NCBI RefSeq assembly: GCF_032191835.1 | Contig: NC_083239.1 | Coordinates: 1,612,001-1,676,000, forward strand | Direction of reading: 5' to 3' | Origin: Heteronotia binoei | Lineage: Eukaryota | DNA: 64,000 nucleotides | Part shown: piece by piece, positions 56,725 to 64,000 of the stretch | Numbering within the stretch: the first letter of the stretch is position 1 | Layout of the letters: the number at the start of each line of letters is the position of its first letter | Program-made: the position numbers and the translations under genes | The notes under the pieces: generated by a model | What the model was told of the DNA's origin: nothing | Databases searched by the model: none | Seen by the model: only the letters and a program-made list of their open reading frames with translations

Positions 56725-57025
56725 TTTTCTGTGGCCCCAGATGGTAGGACCAGAACCAACAGGTTGAAATTAAATCTCAGAGCTCAGCATTACGAAGAAC
56801 TTCCTGACAGAGCGGTTCCTCAGTGGAACAGGCTTCCTTAGGAGGTGGTGGGCTCTCCTTCCTTGGAGGTTTTTAAACAGAGGCTGGATGGCCATCTGGC
56901 AGCAATGCGGAGCCTGTGAATTTGTGGTGGGCGGGGGCAGCAGTATTTGTGAATTTCCTACGTTTTGCAGGAGGTTAGACTAGATGACCCTGGAGGTCCC
57001 TTCCAACTTTATGATTCTGTGATCC
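56725..57025 (+). mobile_element. CR1 3' end (different subfamily)
   Basis: GAAGAACTTCCTGACAG...CAGTGGAACAGGCT...GGACTAGATGACC..GGTCCCTTCCAAC..TATGATTCTGTGA terminus. Confidence 0.82.
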
Positions 57026-58436
57026 AGAGCATTCTTTTCTTCATTGGTTTTTCTGAGAAAATCTCTGCCTTGGAAAGACCTAGTAGGAATGGCATTATTT
57101 ACAACATTTGGGGAGTCTGGGTCTAAAATGGCCCAGAACAGTGAGCACTCCTTGTACTTACTGTGTCTCAGGGAAGGCTACAGCACCACCATGCTGCTGT
57201 TTAACTCTCAAAGCCCACAAGGGAAGAGTAACTAGAGAAGGGAAGAGGACTTGGGGTGCCTCCCCACACTAAAAAAAATGGGCTTGTTTTGAAAAAAAAA
57301 ATATCAAGGCCCCTTCCATGGCCTTGTTTCCAAACACCATTGGTGTCCGAAGCTGTGGAAAAATTGCCCGTGAGACAAAGATCAGTGTCAGAAGAAGGTG
57401 GAAAAGGAAGGCTAAACGAGCACATCAAACCCCCTCCTGCCACCAGTTGACGCCCATGGCACTGACAATCTCCCATTGCCTTGACCCCGAGATACTGCGT
57501 CCCCTTGAAGTCAGAGATCACCATTTCTTCGGTATCAACTGGAGTCTCCTTGGAGTAGACTTCTGACATCAGCGCATCGGTTATCAGTATTCCCGCCCTT
57601 ACATCAATCATCTGGAGATATTGCAGCTGAATTGCTCCCATGTCCTTGGACATCATCCCATTCAGGTCATACACAGTGTTCTCTCAGGTCCTTGAAAGGC
57701 TGATTTATTTTTGAGGTTCCAGCACCTCTACCTGGTTCTGAACAACCTCAGCACCAACAGATGGCATCATCTGAGGCATCAAAAAGGCTCATGGTTTCCT
57801 TTTCTCATTATGTGCTCCCCCCCATGGGTTCCTGGGATCCCAACAAACTTTTTCCACCTTATGGGTCTCAGATAATTTCAGAACATCGAAAATACAGCCC
57901 ACCTCACGAGAGGCAGCACCACTTAGTAGAATCAGAAGGACCATAGTCATCTGAGTCTAATAGAGGCCTAGAAGGACCACAGGTGTGAGTCTGATGAAAG
58001 CTTAGATCAATGGTCAGAGGCTGATTCAGATAGTACATCTGTACTTCCCTGCATGAAGCAGTAGGGGAGCCATCAACAGCCTCCTTAACAGAAGACCTCA
58101 AGCTCTATTCAGAGCAACTAATCCAAAGGCACTGGACTTAGATTACCTTTCCTTTGCACCACAGCCTGGCCTAATGTCCTTACGTATGCTGCAGGGGATC
58201 CTGGATATCGCTTCTAGCATATGGACCAAGCCTGCTTCAGTATCAGCTTGTGAGAGGAAATTAGAAAATTCATACAGACTCGAGGAGGAAGACTGTACTT
58301 ACCTGTTCCAGCACCCTTAGGCCAACTCAGTGGTCTCAGAAGTGCTGCCATCTCGACACAGGGCAGGATCTCATTCTTCCCCCATGGAGAAGGAGGGCTG
58401 GAAGTTAGATTCCTTACATATCTGGAGGAATATGTA

Positions 58437-58793
58437 GGGGAGGGACGATGGCTCAGTGGTAGAGCATCCGTTTGGAAAGCAGAAGGTCCCAGGTTCAATC
58501 CCCAGCATCTCCAACTAAAAAGGGTCCAGGCAAGTAGGCGTGAAAAACCTCAGCTTGAGACCCTGGAGAGCCATGAATGGGGCTGTGGCTCAGTGGCAGA
58601 GCATCTGCTTGGGAAGCAGAAGGTCCCAGGTTCAATCCCCGGCATCTCCAGCTAAAAAGGGTCCAGGCAAATAGGTGTGAAAAACCTCAGCTGGATACCT
58701 TGGAGAGCCGCTGCCAGTCTGAGAAGACAATACTGACTTTGATGGACCAAAGGTCTGATTCAGTATAAGGCAGCTTCATATATATGTTCATAT
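58437..58793 (+). mobile_element. Squam2-like SINE dimer
   Basis: Junction CTGGAGAG|CCATGAATGGGGCTGTGG at 58571, identical to junctions in the 10866-12418 array. Confidence 0.88.
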
Positions 58794-59790
58794 GAATGAG
58801 ACTGAAAGCCTTGAATTTCACAGCTATTGGGGCATTATGAAATGCTGTTGTGCGACCACATGTCCCAGTATGTGGAGTTGCTACTGGATGATAAGAAAGC
58901 CCTCGTGAGTCCTACGTGCTCAAACTAGGGAAGCAGCCGCTGTATGCTCCAAGACATGTGGCCAATTTTAGTACTAGGGCCATGGCCTCCCGTATAGTGC
59001 TAGGACGGCACTCCTGGCTCAGATCTTCAGTACATCCCCTAGAAACCAGGGTGAGAATTGAGGACCTATCTTTTGAGGGAAAAGAACTGTTCAGTGTAAA
59101 AAAATAAGATTACTACAAAGTTGTTAGTAATTACCCTTATACCAGTACTGTCATACAAGCAGAGATACTTCGCTAGGCATTCCTGTAGATTCAGCAAAAG
59201 TCCCCAGCCTTTGCAGCAGCAGCATAAGCCTTGTTAGGGTCAGCAATCCCAAAATAAGAGACAAGGGAAACAAAGAGGAAAGCAACCTCCACAACCTCCC
59301 CTGGAAACAGCACCCCAAGGGCAGCCTCATTGCCTGACTAGTGCAGGATAGGGTGGTCTTAAACAGGTTGGCCAGTTTTCCCTTTGGGTAGTCATTTATT
59401 ACTCAGGACACCTGGGTTTTCTTGATAATAGAGAGGTTATTTCTGAAATTTGATTCAGTCTTCTGTTTCAGCCTCCCATCGCACCCAAACCTGTCCCCTC
59501 CATGTTTCTCTCACAAGTGGTATCCATCCTTTTAGAGAAAGGCGCTGTACAAGAATGTCTTCCCTCACAGACTTATACTGGTTTCTTCAGTAGGTATTTT
59601 GTCATAGGGAAAAAAGGAGGCGGGAAAAGACCCATTCTGGTCTTTAGGTCTCTGTGAGTATGCAGTCCTACATTTTGTGCTGGCTGCTGCCCCACGGATG
59701 TTTAGGAAATGCATCTCAGTGGTAGTGACACGCTTGAGACTGCGTGGCTGTACAGTTTATCCATAATTTGTTGAGTGGTTATTCATTCCA

Positions 59791-60110
59791 GATGGGTAGC
59801 CATGCTAGTCTGTCTGTAGCAGTAGAAAAGAGTAAGACCTCTAATATCACCTTAAAGACTAATAAAATTTGTGGCAGGATATGCGCTTTCATGAGTCACT
59901 AACTGTTCACTTCATTAGGTTCAGCTAGAACTCGAGTCCATCTGTCCTATATATTGGAAGGTGGAGTGATTTCAGGTGCCTAATGACATTAGCAGGCAAA
60001 TGGCAATAGCAGGTATGACTGGGTTAGGTGTAATATGCCGAGAGATAGTAGGTGTGGACAAATCAGCATTGGTAATGAGACAGGAAACCTAGGTCTCATT
60101 TCAATCCAGT
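59791..60110 (-). mobile_element. Penelope 3' fragment (endonuclease C-terminus + pLTR)
   Basis: Minus strand reads GLK*DLGFLSHY, the end of reptile Penelope ORFs, followed by a pLTR (GGTAGCCATGCTAGTCTG...CACCTTAAAGACTAA). Confidence 0.72.
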
Positions 60111-61708
60111 GACTCTTTCTCTGAGCAGTTACAGGAACACTCCACAACCTAAGTGTATTGGGTTTACTTATCAACTGGGAGATAACCCACCTTTCTCCCT
60201 CCCAGCACATTGAATATATAGGAGTGCAAACTGACTCTTCCACAGAAAAAGAATATTTTCTAATCCAGAGAGCTATCAGAACCTTGGTTAAGTATAACAG
60301 ATTCTGGACAGCTCTGTGAATCCAAAAACATTTTGGGTTTCTAGCATTTAAACACCTGGGGTTTCTGGCATCTAAACACTAGTTTATACATGAGTCCTTT
60401 ACAGAATTGGATTATTCATGCATTTAACACCCTAAAAGATCCACAACGGAAGAAAGTATCCACACCTCATCCAAGCTGGCGACCAGTTCAGAGCACTAAA
60501 GTGAAGCTCCTGGCTGTGGATTAAATAATGCAGTTATTTTGTCCCGGAAATCAGCAGAGAGTCTCACCTTTGGAGAACTACAAAACTGGTTTTGCAGCTT
60601 GTCAGTCAACAAGTCAGTTGAAGAGACCAAATGTGGGGTCAAGAAGAGGGAGGCCTTACAGACCAGCCTGAGCCTTGGCTTTTATGTGGCAGTGTTTTCC
60701 AGCCCAGCTGCAGTGTCTGCCATAGCATCTGTTACTCTCACCATGGTGCATGCACATTATTCTCGCGGGACCTGCCTTTGCTGTCTCTGCCACTGTTGGC
60801 GATGGTCTTGAGTGACTGAGGGAGGAGAATTCGACAGGTCAGTCTGACCATTGGAGCTGTCACTGTGGCGTTTCCCAGTTCAACCTGCGAGGTCGAGAGA
60901 GGAAAGTTCGGCAGGTTGCTTTGACCATCAATGCCGTCACTGTGGTGTCTTCCAGCTCAGCCACGACGCCTGTTATCCCCACCATGGTGTTTTTCAATGT
61001 CACCGCATCCACTTTTGCAGTAGGCAAGTAGGCCAGGACATTCTTCAAGACAGTCATGTAGTCATCTGCTCTCATTGCGGCGGTCATCGTCTGCACTGTA
61101 ATGCCCTCCATCCACGCTTTGGCTCTACTGACCCTGGAAGAACTGCTAGGGCTTCCAGAAAGGCTTGTCTAGTAGATCAGGGGATTCAGGGGGGACAACA
61201 GGAAAGCTGGACTGGAACCAGGAGAACCTGGATTACTACAGGCCCTTCCAGCTAGTTTTTGAAGAGCAGAGGAAGAACAAACTGTTTGTAACGCTCCCAG
61301 TTTTCCAGACTATTCGATCCACCATAGATGGCTTGGTTGGTCCCTCGATGAGTTGCTACCCCAGGAGTATCTCTTGCTACTATCTTTTAGATTTTCTTTG
61401 TTTTAGGTCTACTTAGGTAGAGTTGCAGGGTATTTGTCCCACCCATAATAATGTTCAGTTAGACTTAAATCAATTTTTCTTACTCATTGGTAAAGGGAAT
61501 GGAAGTAAGATGGGAGGTTTGGGCGATGGATTTCCTCTTTAGCCTTTTAGAGCTATTCCTGCTTCAATAGCTTTAAACAGTATCTCTTTCCCTTGCTGTA
61601 TTCCTAACCTGGGACAAAAATTCAAATTAATACTGTGAAATCTTTTTTGTTGTTGTAGTCACTTCTTAGATTCTGGCAGTTAACTGTTTCTGCATTTCCT
61701 GTTAATAG

Positions 61709-61822
61709 GTGAGAAAGAAGGACCAGATCAACATTGAAACAAAGAACAAGACGGTGCGATTCATTGGCGAGCTTACAAAGTTCAAAATGTTTTCCAAAAG
61801 TGACACTCTGCATTGCTTAAAG
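61709..61822 (+). CDS. UPF2: UPF2 exon 10
   Basis: VRKKDQINIETKNKTVRFIGELTKFKMFSKSDTLHCLK; 114 nt; AATAG acceptor, AAG|GTTAGT donor. Gene continues beyond the window. Confidence 0.96.
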
Positions 61823-62479
61823 GTTAGTGCTCAGGTTCCACTGAGGATGGGTTCACATCCATTTTCTTTTTCTTGTATATTCAGAGGTACATTATATGTA
61901 GTTTAATTATTTAAAGAGTTTGTATGCTGCCTTTCCATCCAGATAGGCCCTTCAAGTGGTAAACAATTAAAAAGACATTAAAAATCCATGTTTAAAAGTA
62001 AGTGTGTGCGTGTGTGTGTGAATCAAAAACAAGGAGGTTCAGTGAGGGGGTGCCTGCTGACCAAAGATCATGTTCATGGTTGTGCCTGGATGCATTACTT
62101 AAATAATTAATTGATAATTACTTGGATGGGAGACCAGCTCAGTCGCTGCTCCGCTCACCAACTGTTTTATTGTTTTTAAACCCTTACTTTTTAAAGCTTA
62201 GTTGTTATTTTAAGATTAACTACTTAGGAGTTCTGGCTGAGAAGAGTAAAGGTGGAATCTGAATTTTCTTTCACGACCGACAACTTGAAGCAGAGACAAG
62301 GTTCCCTCCTGCGCCACCTTTGCTAACGAGTAGGAATTTGCTGCTGTTACAGCTAAGTGTTTGATTGCTGACCTTGCTCACTTTTTTCTGGAGGAAAAAA
62401 AAAAGCCTCTCACTGCTGGTTACATTTTGCAGCTGGTCTTTGAGCTCCCTAAAGTTTGGGGGCTCATTAACTTTTAACA

Positions 62480-63998
62480 ATGAAAACATCTAAACGCCGG
62501 AGAGAGGAAGAGGACCGTGCCGCACCCTCTTCCAAACAACTGAAGATTAACGATTTCTATTCATGTCAGATTCCTACCTGCAACCAATTTGCAGTGTTGG
62601 AAAATTTAGCAGACCTCATGGAAATTGCTGCTGAATTAAATGTATCACTCCCTGAGCTGGAAGCTGAAGCTGGGAACTCTGCTGTGGGTGAGAGCCCGCC
62701 AGACCATCTTAAAGGTACCGAGAATGTGGGTGTTGGGGCTGGGCTCTCTGAGATTTTACAAATGACTGCTAGAACTATTGACCACCTTTGTAAAATGATC
62801 CACTTGCTGCACCATAAAATGGATTCTAGGAGCAGCATCCTAACAAATATGTCTGATAGGAAGACTGAAGTTTTTAAGGATGGAGTGACAAAGGTGCTTA
62901 TACAGCGGTCTCCTCTTCTTCCGGAGAACATTTCTACCAGAGATAAGGAGCTAATAGCTACAACTGATTCACAACGGCTAGTGCTGTTACAAGGTTAATT
63001 TGACTCTCTGTAAATTAATTTGACTCTCTGCAACAGTGATCCATGCAACGGTCACCTCAAGACTAGACTACTGTAATGCCCTCTACTTGGGGCTACCTCT
63101 GTGCCGGACCCGGAGATTGCAGCTAGTGCAGAACGCGGTGGCCAGGCTGTTGTTGGGACTCCCGAAACAGGAACATATACGGCCGGGGCTACGTGAACTG
63201 CACTGGCTGCCGATTATATACCGGGTCCAGTACAAAGTGTTGGTCGTTACCTTTAAAGCCTTATATGGCCGAGGACCTGCCTACCTGAGGGACCGTCTTT
63301 CCCCATATGAACCCCAGAGAGCACTGAGGTCAACGGGGAAAAACCTAATGATTATCCCTGGGCCGAAGGAAATTAAATATCAGAGTACCAGAGCACGGGC
63401 CTTTTCGATCGCGGCCCCTACCCTTTGGAACCGACTCCCCGAGGAGGTGCGGGCCCTGCGGAACCTTGAACAGTTCCGCAGGGCCTGCAAGACCACCCTT
63501 TTTAAATTAGCATATTCGGACTGCTAAGAAAAACGGTAATCAAAGGTCCGCCAATGCGGTCTAAAGATCTATACCGCACCATAACTGTATTTATTGGATT
63601 GGTTTTAATTTAATGTTTTAATGTCTTATTGTTCTATATTGTAAATTTAAGGTTTTATTTATTACTGTATGTTTTATGGAATGTTGTTAGCCGCCCTGAG
63701 CCTGCCAAGGTGGGGGAGGGCGGGATATAAATGAAATAAATAAATAAATAAAATGGAAGCATCCCCCCTTGGAACTCAAAAATGCTGGTTAAAAAGCGCT
63801 TAAAGGCCTTAATTGGGCAACCAGTTAAAGACATTTGACTTAAAAGAGCTAGAACTGCTGCCCAGAGTGCATCAGACACAGAGAGTTATACTATCCTTCT
63901 GTACTTCGGGAGTCCCCTCAGTCCTTCTTAGAAACAAAGGACACTTGATGTCCAAAGGGATTTTTCCAAAGGGATTTTTCCAACCCGTGTTTACATGA
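62480..63998 (+). mobile_element. LINE ORF1-like sequence split by an L2 insertion
   Basis: MKTSKRRRE...IPTCNQFAVL (NRFxxL-like motif) to 62998; similar coding-like text resumes after 63755 (..LKELELLPRVHQTQRVILSFCTSGVPSVLLRNKGHL). Family assignment is uncertain. Confidence 0.5.
63033..63752 (+). mobile_element. L2 LINE 3' portion with tail
   Basis: VTSRLDYCNALYLGLP...LVQNAVARLL...LHWLPIIYRVQYKVL...RAFSIAAPTLWNRLPEEVR; ends GGGCGGGATATAAAT(GAAATA)(AATA)n. Confidence 0.92.
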
Positions 63999-64000
63999 AC

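Larger units (their letters stand above)
57250..60450 (+). mobile_element. Second, heavily decayed DIRS-type element (UPF2 intron 9)
   Basis: Gag remnants IWTKPASVSACERKLENSYRL..YLFQHP and RAMASRIVLGRHSWLRSS..RIEDLSFEGKELF; RT remnant LEKGAVQE..GFFSRYFVIGKKGGGKRPIL. Interrupted by a SINE dimer and a Penelope fragment; boundaries approximate. Confidence 0.72.

Overview
Eukaryotic (vertebrate) genomic DNA. The repeat content (Sauria/Squam1, Squam2-like and Squam3-like SINEs, BovB, CR1, L2, Penelope, DIRS) points to a squamate reptile, most likely a gecko; this is an inference, not a database match. Two genes lie head-to-head, as in human 10p14. DHTKD1 is on the minus strand (coding exons 1-2 at 5720-5567 and 4357-4202; the rest lies left of the window). 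UPF2 is on the plus strand (putative non-coding exon 1 ending at 10488, coding exons 2-10 from 23109 to 61822, continuing right of the window). All exon calls were checked for GT/AG boundaries and phase continuity. The introns are dense with transposons: a near-complete but decayed DIRS1-type tyrosine-recombinase retrotransposon, a second decayed DIRS, many hAT MITEs with 8-bp TSDs, a near-perfect 286-bp palindromic MITE, multimeric SINE arrays and a 5'-inverted CR1. The most notable signals are (i) three short, TSD-flanked inverted Penelope-type elements carrying complete minimal hammerhead-ribozyme motifs, two of them in the sense strand of the host pre-mRNAs, plus an intact hammerhead of a second family; (ii) a 22-unit octamer-motif minisatellite between the two promoters; (iii) recurrent SINE dimer junctions; (iv) candidate uORFs in the UPF2 leader. 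There is one assembly gap (8404-8574). No CRISPR, rRNA or genuine tRNA genes are supported. Most ORFs in the supplied track are repeat-derived or spurious.
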